A stretch of 64,000 nt of DNA from Podarcis liolepis (lineage: Eukaryota): the NCBI GenBank assembly GCA_965112155.1, contig OZ218098.1; one strand, written 5' to 3'. Positions within the stretch are counted from its first letter, which is position 1, and the number at the start of each line of letters is the position of its first letter. The position numbers were made by a program, and so were the translations under genes. Positions 63,501 to 64,000 of this stretch are shown here, in pieces. The notes below the pieces were generated by a model. The model worked only from the letters and a program-made list of their open reading frames with translations, was not told the DNA's origin and ran no database searches.

Positions 63501-64000
63501 AGCCAACTCCGCTGTATCTAAAACATCGAGAAAGTATACAAATGCAAAACACAGCAGGGCTAAAAGGTAATTCCCACAGAAAATACCAATATATTTTCTG
63601 AGTGTTAAGAAATACCATTTAGTTTGTACAGTATTTGAAATACATTTTAATACCCAAATTTTCAGTACTACCCACCTATGAAACACAACAAAAGTGTTTA
63701 TTCAGTAGAATTATTAGTACAATTTTGACACTGAATGTGTTATTTGAATATCAGGCCTAACATACACCATTTTGTTATTTTTTTGCTTAGTTAGCCAAAC
63801 AGCAAGAGGTTCTACTGCATTCCATATGCACTATAGCAGGGGTTCAAATTTTGATTCTTAAGTGTTACTATTCTCTTGTGCTAATATAATAGCAAATCTG
63901 GAACATTCAAGATGGGCTTAGTTCTAGCATTAACTTGCAGCTTTACTCTGCATCTTACAGCCACTTACCCGGAAGTAAATGTCACTGAACTTAATGGGAC

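Larger units (their letters stand above)
1..64000 (-). other. DPP10: DPP10 gene body (partial; both ends outside the window); 27353-64000 is part of one large intron
   Basis: Seven collinear in-phase internal exons; the preceding exon (expected to end ...YVLLAYDVKQ) was not found in 27353-64000 and the following exon (NEEPVFS...) was not found in 1-411. Confidence 0.88.

Overview
AT-rich vertebrate genomic DNA, most likely a squamate reptile (lizard). The repeat content points there: BovB, CR1, L2, a Penelope-like remnant and abundant Tigger-type MITEs. The whole window lies inside one large minus-strand gene, DPP10 (inactive dipeptidyl peptidase 10, a Kv4 potassium-channel auxiliary subunit). 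Seven consecutive coding exons were found by hand; none is recovered as DPP10 by the ORF track. They lie at 27300-27352, 27136-27217, 10450-10570, 8958-9112, 6131-6228, 2617-2740 and 412-450, have GT-AG boundaries and consistent phases, and splice to 672 nt / 224 codons of the beta-propeller region. From memory they correspond to human exons 6-12. Everything from 27353 to 64000 appears to be part of one large intron. The introns hold many transposon relics: a solo LTR with a 5-bp TSD, five co-oriented copies of one Tc1/mariner-type MITE, other MITEs, hAT elements, a broken DD34E Tc1 transposase, and BovB, RTE, CR1, L2 and L1 fragments. The most notable non-coding structure is a ~200-bp Penelope-like insertion at 44065-44290. 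It carries an apparently intact minimal type I hammerhead ribozyme motif enclosed by a 48-bp inverted repeat. Most ORFs in the supplied track are spurious. I found no evidence of a wholly new multi-gene system. Repeat family names come from recognition of sequence hallmarks, not from database searches.
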